Of a DNA stretch of 64,000 bases, positions 22,405 to 30,707 are shown in pieces. The notes under the pieces were generated by a model. That model was not told the origin of the DNA. It was given only the letters and a program-made list of their open reading frames with translations, and did no database searches. Source of the DNA: an uncultured cyanobacterium (GTDB taxonomy: Bacteria > Cyanobacteriota > Cyanobacteriia > Cyanobacteriales > Cyanobacteriaceae); assembly GCA_963710605.1 (NCBI GenBank), contig CAVQBA010000004.1, forward strand, positions 1,120,001 to 1,184,000, written 5' to 3'. Each line of letters opens with the position of its first letter. Position 1 is the stretch's first letter. Both the position numbers and the translations under genes were made by a program.

Positions 22405-22644
22405 TAAATAATTGGTTTTTGTTTAATTGAATACTATCTCTACATATATTAACAGAAGTCAAACTAGACTCAGACAAATGTTTGCCGTATTTTTTTTAGA
22501 TACCTTTGTTTGCGGGTATATCGTCGGCAACTAATATTTATCAAAAGTTTGAGCTTTATTAAAAAAATTTGGGCTATTTTCTAAACGATAATGGCTAATA
22601 TCGTTCCGAGGAATATAATATAAGTAAAAACAAGTGACGAGGTA

Positions 22645-23091
22645 ATGGCGAAACTCTACTACCGTGGTATGGCACAGCAAGATGGTAAATCAAAAATAGG
22701 TAGAAGTGCCAGACTATTAGGAATTAGACTTAACATCGATATAAACGTTGAGCAAATACCAATAGGTTATCTTGACAAGCAAGGATATTTGTTACCAGAG
22801 TCATAGCGTCAGATTTCAGAAAAACTAGTAACCGTTGCTATTAAAGAGAATAAGGGAATGTCTGTGTCTTTATCGATCGACAGTTTACCTGCATTTCGTA
22901 AACCTGCCAAATTTGGCGGAAAGGGAAAAGATACTCTTTGGCAAATTGATGACAGCTATATCATAAAAGATTTACAGGCTGTTCAAGATAGCCCGACACA
23001 CGTTAGCATTATGCCAAGAGTTACAATGACTTTAGAAAGGTACGAGACAGCATTGGCAAATACCCAAAATTATTGGCAAAAAGTTGACTAG
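22645..23091 (+). pseudogene. Putative polymorphic-toxin-like domain gene (Tse2/ART-like) with an in-frame TAG at 22804-22806
   Basis: MAKLYYRGM..IGRSARLLGIR..LPES*RQ..KGMSVSLSIDSLPAFRKPAKFGGKGKD..HVSIMP in one frame; family assignment recalled from motif resemblance, not searched. Confidence 0.55.
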
Positions 23092-23112
23092 TAAAATATA
23101 CGAAAATAGGAG

Positions 23113-23649
23113 GTGGCAAAAATGGCATGGATATTTAGTTTATCAGCAGAATGTGGTTGCGATCGAATCAACGCAGATAAATTTGCTCAACATTTTGAGG
23201 GAATGTCATTGTTGCTATCAAACGATCGTCAGTACAAATGTCTTACGGACATATTCCAAGACATAGAAGAAAATTGGTGGTGTCGAGTTTTACCAAGTAA
23301 TCTTAGTGAAGTGGGAATAGAAGCCAATGAAAGTGCTTATTTAATGACAGAGTTAGGTATTTCACTTTATCAGTCTCTACGATTTGCGACAACCTTTCGT
23401 TATGCACTAGTTGGTGTTGAAGTGGATGAATTTAGAACTTACAGCGAACTGATTGAAGATTCTGCTAATTTATCTATACCAGGATTAGTTTTGAATAAGA
23501 CACTTGCAATAGATTTAGAAATATTATCAGCTTTTCGAGCCTTTAGTTCTAATTATGTTTGGCAACCTTACGCAGGAGAAATCTACAATCCACTCATGAC
23601 ATACCCAAATTTAAAAAATAAGTTGAATGAATTGTTAGCTGTAATTTAA
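23113..23649 (+). CDS. Hypothetical protein, candidate immunity partner of the upstream gene
   Basis: 178 aa, 21 bp after the toxin-like gene; FRYALVGVEVDEF motif. Confidence 0.6.
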   Translation: MAKMAWIFSLSAECGCDRINADKFAQHFEGMSLLLSNDRQYKCLTDIFQDIEENWWCRVLPSNLSEVGIEANESAYLMTELGISLYQSLRFATTFRYALVGVEVDEFRTYSELIEDSANLSIPGLVLNKTLAIDLEILSAFRAFSSNYVWQPYAGEIYNPLMTYPNLKNKLNELLAVI

Positions 23650-23656
23650 TTTAAGT

Positions 23657-23958
23657 TATAGTTGTTTAAATTAAGTTTTCTTGGTCGGCGTTCGGTGTCT
23701 TGGTGAGCGTTCGGTGTCTTGGTGAGCGTTCGGGTCTTGTCGAGCGTTACGGTGTCTTGTTCGCGTGGTGTCTGGTGAGCATTCGCTTGCGTCTTACGCT
23801 CCTGAGCGGGTTCTCACCGCTTGCGACTTGCCGTATCGAAAGCGGGTCTGACCGTTTGAGACAGTATAAAAATAGTAGAAAAAAACATAAAACCCGCCTT
23901 GCAATCAATTGTCAAGGCTAACAGATACCGTTTAATAAATTAAACTAAAAGAAAATAT
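23657..23958. mobile_element. MITE copy (right end missing) interrupted by a GC-rich insert
   Basis: TATAGTTGTTTAAATTAAGTTT|insert|GTTTGAGACAGT..aacccgccttgcaat..caaggctaacagataccgtttaataaattaaact; inverted relative of 29866-29991. Confidence 0.75.
23679..23853. repeat. GC-rich 175-bp insert with ~6 degenerate 19-bp tandem units (TCTTGGTGAGCGTTCGGTG)
   Basis: Head-to-tail units visible at 23679-23790; flanked by GTTT on both sides. Confidence 0.8.
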
Positions 23959-24030
23959 AATTGTATTCGGATTATCAGCGCACCAGAGGCAACTAAAAAT
24001 GAGCGGAGGTTTTACGAAGATGGAAAATAA
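23959..24030 (+). pseudogene. 3' remnant of a BrnT (DUF497)-like toxin gene
   Basis: NCIRIISAPEATKNERRFYEDGK* matches the IRIISAR.AT..ER..Y C-terminus of BrnT; overlaps the antitoxin start. Confidence 0.7.
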
Positions 24031-24241
24031 TCATGAGCTAGAAGATGATTTAAGACCTGAATATGACTTTAGCAAGATGCAAGGTGGTATTAGGGGAAAA
24101 TATGTCGATCGCTATCAGGCAGGAACAAACATCGTATTACTCGAAGCTGATGTTGCTCAAGTGTTTGCGACAAGTGACGAGGTTAATAAGGCACTTCGAT
24201 TACTTATGCAAATAGCCCAAAGGCAGAAGCCTAATACCTAA
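24020..24241 (+). CDS. BrnA-like antitoxin
   Basis: DDLRPEYDFS..GGIRGKY..LEADVA..F..SDEVNKALR; start ATG at 24020 overlaps the toxin remnant. Confidence 0.7.
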   Translation: MENNHELEDDLRPEYDFSKMQGGIRGKYVDRYQAGTNIVLLEADVAQVFATSDEVNKALRLLMQIAQRQKPNT

Positions 24242-24374
24242 TTATTCATCAACTTTTGACCGATCGACCATACTTTAACTAAATGCCCCTGTAACAAAGC
24301 ACTTATACCTTCTAAATATTTGAACTTTACGACATTTGGATATAAACTAACTCATTTTTTAGTAGTAACGATCG
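24238..24374 (-). repeat. Displaced copy C of the GT gene 3' end, with an internal 102-bp deletion, ending at CGATCG
   Basis: Aligns to ~26034-26137 joined to 26240-26272 through TGGAT; ends at CGATCG 24369-24374. Confidence 0.93.
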
Positions 24375-24475
24375 ATACCGTAGATGTTGCACGGATATAT
24401 TCAAAAACATAGAAGAAAATTGAATGACTACGCAAGTTAGAATACAAGGGTAATCTTTGAAACGAGGTTAAGCTA

Positions 24476-24751
24476 ATGGTAATTCGAGAGCCACGCTATA
24501 GCAAAGAGGAATTCGCCCAGCGAGGTGATTATCTCTATGAAAATCAGGTAAAACATCAAGTTGAGGCGGGAAATGATGGCAAAATTGTAGCGATCGATAT
24601 CGAAACAGGAGCTTTTGAGGTAGCTGAGACACCGATGGTAGCAGTCGATCGATTGTACGAACGTGAACCCGATGCTCAACCTTGGGTAATTCGGATTGGA
24701 CATCGAGCAGTCTTTCGTTTTGGTAGTCGTAGTCTGAGGAAGCCTGTATGA
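24476..24751 (+). CDS. Small hypothetical protein coupled to the aspartic protease gene
   Basis: GKIVAIDIETGAFEV..WVIRIG; ATGA overlap with the next gene. Confidence 0.7.
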   Translation: MVIREPRYSKEEFAQRGDYLYENQVKHQVEAGNDGKIVAIDIETGAFEVAETPMVAVDRLYEREPDAQPWVIRIGHRAVFRFGSRSLRKPV

Positions 24752-25122
24752 TGTTCGGTGTGGTCAATAATAATTGTGAAGCGGTCGTCAAAGTTGCTGT
24801 AGGGCGTATCGGTTCACCTAAAAGAATCGTTGATGCAGTTATTGATACAGGATTTACTGGCTTTTTGTCTTTACCACTTTCTATGATTAGGGAGCTTGAC
24901 TTGCCTTGGCATTATAGAGATATTGGTACATTAGGCGACGGGAGTGAAGTCGTATTTGAAATCTATAAAGGGGCTGTAATTTGGGATGGTCAGAATAAGA
25001 TTATTGATGTGGCGGCTTCGGATGCAGAGCCACTAGTGGGAATGAGTTTGTTTTATGGGTTTAAGCTTGAAATCGAGGCTGTTGAAGGTGGTATTGTCAC
25101 GATCGAAGCTTTGAATAAGTAG
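24748..25122 (+). CDS. Clan AA (retropepsin-like) aspartic protease, AF_0612 type
   Basis: AVIDTGFTG catalytic motif; TLGDG and PLVGM. Confidence 0.85.
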   Translation: MMFGVVNNNCEAVVKVAVGRIGSPKRIVDAVIDTGFTGFLSLPLSMIRELDLPWHYRDIGTLGDGSEVVFEIYKGAVIWDGQNKIIDVAASDAEPLVGMSLFYGFKLEIEAVEGGIVTIEALNK

Positions 25123-25476
25123 CAAAAGACGATTGGTGAGGCTTAATCTAACCATCATTTAGCGATTGACTACTAATTAAAAATTTTGTTGATGTTGGGT
25201 TTCATGCTTCAACCGTTCCCTACTACTGCACCAGAACTTTTCTCTATCTTGTAAAAACAGTACTATAGATCTCTTTTTCTTTTTCCATCATGAATAATGA
25301 TTTTGAAACTTAACCAAATCAACAACCATTCATTCGTTTTTGTTAAATCTTACGCCTAACTTTATATCAGAAAAAGGAGCAAACATTATCTTGCAATTGT
25401 GGTATCATATGCTCATTGATAGACTATTGTACTGCAATTGTGGTCTAATTATAAGTTGGATGCTCAATAATTAATC

Positions 25477-25800
25477 ATGTTTATTAATCCAATGTGGGAC
25501 ACTGAGAGCCAAAGAATTGGTAAAATGAAATGTTCTCCACTCGCATATAATCTACATATTATTTCGGATTTAATCGGTTTGGTTTCTATGCTTGTATTAT
25601 TTGGAGGCTTTGTATCATTTCTTCATACAAATTGGAAATATTCAATAATATTAATTCTTTACTCTTTTATTTCTGCTTTTCTTGGAAATTTACTTTACAG
25701 ATATTCTTGGAAAATTATAGAGAGGAAAGGTTTTGAATATGATTATGAAAATTGTATTTGTTATTGGTATGAGAATGGAGAAATAAAATCTTACAAATAA
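25477..25800 (+). CDS. Small membrane hypothetical protein (array cargo)
   Basis: 107 aa, two hydrophobic segments, KGFEYDY C-terminus. Confidence 0.65.
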   Translation: MFINPMWDTESQRIGKMKCSPLAYNLHIISDLIGLVSMLVLFGGFVSFLHTNWKYSIILILYSFISAFLGNLLYRYSWKIIERKGFEYDYENCICYWYENGEIKSYK

Positions 25801-25817
25801 ATCTGAAGAAGAATGAT

Positions 25818-25901
25818 AATGACCTTGTAACAAAGCACTAATCCCCTCCAAATATTTAAACTCTACGACATCTGGATCGAGTTTTAAGGCAGGTTGCAAA
25901 G
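25818..25901 (-). repeat. Displaced copy D (internal fragment) of the GT gene 3' end
   Basis: Matches 26078-26161 with 4 substitutions; encodes the identical peptide LQPALKLDPDVVEFKYLEGISALLQGH. Confidence 0.95.
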
Positions 25902-25917
25902 TCCGAACGTCAATCTT

Positions 25918-25978
25918 GTAGGGTGCGTTTTCTACTGTAACTTATACTACTCTACTGATAAATTTCTGGAAACGCACC
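25918..25978. repeat. REP-like GTAG-initiated hairpin
   Basis: GTAG-GGTGCGTTT ... AAACGCACC inverted repeat. Confidence 0.55.
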
Positions 25979-26030
25979 ACACTTACAAACCTCTAAAAGT
26001 AAGCCGTTACAGTTTAAGCTTAATATTTAA

Positions 26031-28613
26031 TTATGAATTATTGATTAATTTTTGACCGATCGACCATACTTTAACTAAATGCCCCTGTAACAAAGCACTA
26101 ATACCCTCTAAATATTTAAACTCTACGACATCTGGATCGAGTTTTAAGGCAGGTTGCAAAGCTTTTTCGCCTTTTTCGCCATTCCAATCATAAAGATAAA
26201 GAAAGCTCAAGTAACCGTGGTTATAGGCATTGTTTGGATATAAGCTAACTAATTTTTTAGCTGTGACGATCGCAGGTTCTACTTTTTGTTGTAAAACTTG
26301 AGACAATAATAATGTATAAAGATAATCAGAATTATTTTCGGTTTGCAGTCGATGTAGTAAGGTTTTTTCGGTTACTTTTAAATAGGCTTGATCGGGATCG
26401 TATTGATTAATTCTACCAACTGTTGCAAAAACAGGCTCTAACCCTTCTATTCCTTCACCTAAAGCAGGGGCAAGACGATTAATTTCACTGACTAAATCTA
26501 ATTCTCTTTGAGCAACGGGAGAAGTTATATTTTGCTCGACTATAATTTGTGTTGGCGGTATGGTTAAAGGTTTTGTTTTTCCTGTTGTTTTATTTAATAA
26601 TTGTGCTTCTAAAATATAGTTACCGTCGGGTATATTTTCAGGAATAAACATCGCTGTATTTTCGATTACTTGAAAATCTTTATTTAATTCATTTTTAGCT
26701 AAGTTATCAAAATATAAATTACTCATTCCTAAACTGTGGTCATGAGTCCATTTTATCGTTTTATTTTCTGATGAATACCATGTCAATAAAACGATCGTTT
26801 CTTCTAATTCTTGAGCTGTTCCAGTCCATTTATAAGTAATATCAACTGTCTTATTTTGACTTACTTGTGAAGGAAAAATAACCTCATTTAATTCTAAATT
26901 GCTATTAGTTGAATTAAGAGGATTAACAATAGTTTGTAACTGCTGTCTTTGATATAGTTGCAAATAACTTTCGTCGGGTAAAAGCCATTTATCTAGTAAA
27001 CTAAAATCACCACCATTTTCGACTAAATCAACTGTCATTTTCTGTGCGTCGGGAATCGAACCTTGTTCGCCTGTTTTCGTCAGAAACCAATCTAAAGCAT
27101 TGACATCTTGAGGTACTTCTTTTTCTCTTACTCCGACTTGTCTGCCATATACTTGTTGCGAATCGGGAATCGAGCCATAAAAAGAAACGTTTGATTGATT
27201 GATTTTACTAGTAGAGGGCAAAACCCCGATATTCATTCTCAGATAAGGATTAGTTTGTTTTGCTTTTTCGACTAATTCAGGTACAGCCCATTGTTTTCCT
27301 GTATAAGGATAATTTTCCATTTTTGGGCTGAGTTTATTAGTAATAAAACTTCCTCCTAAAGGGAAAAGATTGAGTAACATTAAAATCAAAGCGATCGATA
27401 CTGTTACTATTTTGAACCACTTCTTTTTTTCTCCTCGATAACTATAAATTAAAGCACTAACTATTAAGGTACAAATAGGTAGTAAGGGCAAAATATAACG
27501 AGCATCTTTATTAATATTTAAAGACGATAATAAGTATCCACCTAAGATAAAAGTTATTAACCAGAAAGTAATAGTTTTAATTTTGTTTTCTGGTAGAGTA
27601 TTTTGATAAAAGTTTTTTTGCAAATATAACCAAATATTTTTAGTTTTGACTGAAGAGTTTTTAAAATATTTAATTGCTAAATAGATAAGACAAAAAAGAC
27701 TAACTAATAATAAAAATGAGGATAATAAGTAAGGAGAAACCTCAGCATAAAATGTCCATGCTTTAAGAGTATTTAAACTAGGATCGCCTTCAATGATAGC
27801 AGAATCGATCGTCGCTCTTTTTCCTGAAGTAAAAATGACTAACCAATTAGTACGATACCAAGGATAAAAAAGGATAATTGCTGACAATGACATTAAAATT
27901 ATTTGCCCGACTCTATGCCATTTTCGTTGCCAAATTGAAAAGATACAAACAAAAAGAAAAGGAAAAAAGAGAAAAAAAGCAAATGTTTGTTTGAGTAACA
28001 ATCCTAAACCGAAAGAAATACCTGTTAATAGACTTAGCCACCACGAAGATTTACCTTGACTGAAATACCAATAACTCAGACAAGTAAAACTAAAAGTAAT
28101 CATGACAGTGAGAGGATAATCTAATAAAAATTCTCGCCGAAAATAATATAACCCTGGTATTAAAGGAATTAAGACACAAGCGAGTAAAGCTATTCGTTGG
28201 TTAAAAAATAATTTACCTAGATAAAAAATACTGAAAATTAGTAATAAACTAAAACCCGAAAAAACTAAATTACCGCTACTCAAACTAGGGGGTAAGATAT
28301 GAAAACACAAACCCGTAATGATATAAATCAACGGTGGAATTTTATTTGAAAGTAACCAAAACTCACGCCACGATGATAAATCAAAAATATCGAGATTGAC
28401 TAACCCTTCTTTGTAACCCATCACCCCATTAAGGTAGTCAGCGGGATCCCATGATGGTACGCTATTATCTAAACTAAACCAAACTCGATCGATTATTAAA
28501 CCAATTAGCCAAATCGATATTAGGATTAAAATAGGGTTCGTTTTTTTGATTATATTTGCTGACATATAGAGAGTAGAAAAATATTCATTAATTATGACAA
28601 AAAAAATTGCCAT
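26031..28613 (-). CDS. Phospholipid-carrier-dependent glycosyltransferase (GT-C, ArnT/PMT-like) with a TPR-like C-terminus
   Basis: PSWDPADYL, KIPPL, EFLLDYP, LLKQT and KDARYILP; many TM segments; LYPNN..LDPDV 34-aa periodicity at the C-terminus. True start is probably the Met at 28565. Confidence 0.85.
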   Translation of the reverse strand: MAIFFVIINEYFSTLYMSANIIKKTNPILILISIWLIGLIIDRVWFSLDNSVPSWDPADYLNGVMGYKEGLVNLDIFDLSSWREFWLLSNKIPPLIYIITGLCFHILPPSLSSGNLVFSGFSLLLIFSIFYLGKLFFNQRIALLACVLIPLIPGLYYFRREFLLDYPLTVMITFSFTCLSYWYFSQGKSSWWLSLLTGISFGLGLLLKQTFAFFLFFPFLFVCIFSIWQRKWHRVGQIILMSLSAIILFYPWYRTNWLVIFTSGKRATIDSAIIEGDPSLNTLKAWTFYAEVSPYLLSSFLLLVSLFCLIYLAIKYFKNSSVKTKNIWLYLQKNFYQNTLPENKIKTITFWLITFILGGYLLSSLNINKDARYILPLLPICTLIVSALIYSYRGEKKKWFKIVTVSIALILMLLNLFPLGGSFITNKLSPKMENYPYTGKQWAVPELVEKAKQTNPYLRMNIGVLPSTSKINQSNVSFYGSIPDSQQVYGRQVGVREKEVPQDVNALDWFLTKTGEQGSIPDAQKMTVDLVENGGDFSLLDKWLLPDESYLQLYQRQQLQTIVNPLNSTNSNLELNEVIFPSQVSQNKTVDITYKWTGTAQELEETIVLLTWYSSENKTIKWTHDHSLGMSNLYFDNLAKNELNKDFQVIENTAMFIPENIPDGNYILEAQLLNKTTGKTKPLTIPPTQIIVEQNITSPVAQRELDLVSEINRLAPALGEGIEGLEPVFATVGRINQYDPDQAYLKVTEKTLLHRLQTENNSDYLYTLLLSQVLQQKVEPAIVTAKKLVSLYPNNAYNHGYLSFLYLYDWNGEKGEKALQPALKLDPDVVEFKYLEGISALLQGHLVKVWSIGQKLINNS

Positions 28614-29807
28614 TATTGGGGCAGGAATAGCAGGTTTAACTATCGGTAAGAATTTACAGGCAGAAGGTTTTGAGGTTAATATTTTTGATAAAGGACGGGG
28701 TGTTGGTGGTAGAATGTCCAGCAGAAGAACAAATTGGGGTTATCTTGACCACGGTTGTCAATATTTTACCGCCAAAGATTCTTTATTTGCTAGTTTTATT
28801 CAGGAAAATGACGAACTTGTTCAAGTTTGGCAAGGAAAGTTTGCACGTTGGCAAGATGGTAATTATACACCTTTAGAGATTGCGACAATGAATCTCTCAA
28901 TCCCCTTCAATTCCCCCGTAAATCCCCTTAACCCAATCCCCCCCAGTAACTCAATCCTCCCTCAATCCTCCTTTAGTAAATCAATCCCCCCTCAATCCTC
29001 CTTTAGTAAACCAATCCCCCCAATCCCCCACAACGTAGCAATGCTACGTCTCTACAAAGGGGGGAGGAAAATTTAGATAAATTAAACAAAACAGGTGTAA
29101 CAAGATTAAATAAAAATGTTATTACTCATTCTCGTTACGTGCCGACGAAGGCGATGAATAATCTGTGTAAATCGATCGCTACAACACTTGATGTTAAATT
29201 ACAAACTAGAATTGTCAATCTGACTAAAAATCAGAAGAAATGGACTTTAACTGATGAAAATGCTAATCAATATAGTGGTTATGATTGGTTAATTGTCACT
29301 GCACCACCTGCCCAAACGCAAGATTTGTTAACAAGTCATACTGTCATTGCTGAAGAGATAGCCCAGATAAAAATGCTTCCTAATTTTACTTTGATGTTAA
29401 CTTTAGCTGAGGAGATGAATCTTCCTTTTGATGGCATCGAATTACAACACCCGATTTTAGGTTGGATTGCCGTCAATAATAGCAAACCTTCACGAGGAGA
29501 AAAAACAAGTATTGTGATTCAATCTAACTTTACTTGGGCGACTGATAATCTGGAAAACAATCGAGATACTATTACGCAACAATTACAAAATAGTGCTAGT
29601 GAAATTATGGATATAGATTTGGATAAATGTCTGTATAAATCATTACATTTATGGCGTTATGCAATACCTGCACAGAAGAATGAGGCTGGTTGTTATATCG
29701 ATCGTGAAAATGCGATCGGTGTTTGTGGAGATTGGTGTATCGGCGGTAAAGTAGAAGCGGCTTTTAATAGTGCTAATTTATTAACAGATTCGATCGTCGA
29801 TCGTTAA
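28594..29807 (+). pseudogene. Renalase-like NAD/FAD-dependent oxidoreductase interrupted by a repeat-rich insert (~28880-29120)
   Basis: IAIIGAGIAG..DKGRGVGGRMSSRR..DHGCQYF in the 5' part; RYVP..MN, WRYA and CGDWC in the 3' part, in a different frame. Confidence 0.8.
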
Positions 29808-29829
29808 GTACAAACTCTAAACATCTGGA

Positions 29830-29991
29830 AATAACTATTAAAATAAGAATGAGATAATTGCAGGATATTTTCTTTGAGTTTAATTTATTAAACGGTATCT
29901 TATTAGCCTTGTCAATTCATTGCAAGGCGGGTTTTAGATTCTTCTTTTTACTGTTATTTATACTCTCTCAAACTTAATTTAAACAACTATA
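29830..29991. mobile_element. MITE copy (same family as 2618-2780)
   Basis: Right end tctcaaacttaatttaaacaactata; degenerate left end ataactattaaaataagaatgagata; internal agccttg..caaggc hairpin. Confidence 0.7.
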
Positions 29992-30067
29992 ACTATTAAA
30001 ATGAGGGCTAAAGCCCTGACTACAAACTCTCTTTCTTCCTCTCTTCTCTCTGCGTACTCTGCGTACT

Positions 30068-30163
30068 CGTCTTGAAAAGTTGTTCATGGGGGAGAGCCAA
30101 GGGGCTGACACCTGAATTCATTTCAGGTGCTTGTACGCCCCGTCCAAGACCACACTTTTCGCT
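30068..30163. repeat. Small dispersed repeat with a nested 44-bp hairpin element; uninterrupted inverted relative at ~52039-52090
   Basis: cgtcttgaaaagttgttcatggggga[...]ccaagaccacacttttcgc is close to the reverse complement of gcgaaaaagtgtggtcttgggggtatcccccatgaacaactttttcaagacg. Confidence 0.75.
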
Positions 30164-30305
30164 GCGGTTAAAATAATAAAGATCGTAAATGTCATAACCC
30201 GAAAATTTTTTTAAAAGAAGAATAAAAAGTTTAGATTTAATTAAGGTGATTATAATTAAAAAATAAACATTAATTATCTAGACTAAGATCGATCGTATTT
30301 TAATT

Positions 30306-30620
30306 ATGGCAACCAAAAAACAATTTACCAGTTTTCAAGATATGCTTGATGGTTCAGATTTACCTGTCTTAGTTGATTTTTATGCTACATGGTGTGGTCC
30401 TTGTCAGATGATGGCTCAAATATTACAACAAGTAGCACAGCAAACAAAAGGAAAAGTATCGATCGTCAAAATAGATACAGATAAATATCCTGAGATAGCA
30501 TCACAAAACCAAATTCAAGCCTTACCAACTTTGGTTGTTTTCAAAAATGGTAAACCTGTAAAACGAATTGAAGGAGTTGTACAAGCACCCCAATTGATTG
30601 CTGATTTACAAAATATCTAA
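30306..30620 (+). CDS. trxA: Thioredoxin
   Basis: VDFYATWCGPC. Confidence 0.92.
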   Translation: MATKKQFTSFQDMLDGSDLPVLVDFYATWCGPCQMMAQILQQVAQQTKGKVSIVKIDTDKYPEIASQNQIQALPTLVVFKNGKPVKRIEGVVQAPQLIADLQNI

Positions 30621-30707
30621 TAAACAATTAATAATTGAACATACTTATTTATAATTAACTTTTGAGGTGTTTGCCTCCTAACTTCTAACTTTTGACTTTT
30701 AACTCTT

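Noticed and set aside
23679-23853. Possible CRISPR array
   Set aside because: The 19-bp units are head-to-tail with no unique spacers, and no cas genes are present in the window
23700-23921. 73-aa ORF
   Set aside because: Translation of the tandem repeat and MITE sequence
16854-25200. Integron attC sites after cargo genes (CCCTAAC at ~16855, GCTAAC at ~17424, ATCTAAC..GTTGGGT at ~25146-25200)
   Set aside because: I could not build convincing attC hairpins, no intI is present, and the GTTGGGTTTC motif fits a REP-like repeat. Degenerate sites cannot be excluded without IntegronFinder
25690-25899. 69-aa minus-strand ORF as a real gene
   Set aside because: It is tail copy D reading through into the antisense strand of 25477-25800
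17511-26272. Diversity-generating retroelement (TR/VR) explanation for the tail copies
   Set aside because: No reverse transcriptase in the window; differences are not restricted to adenines and are mostly synonymous
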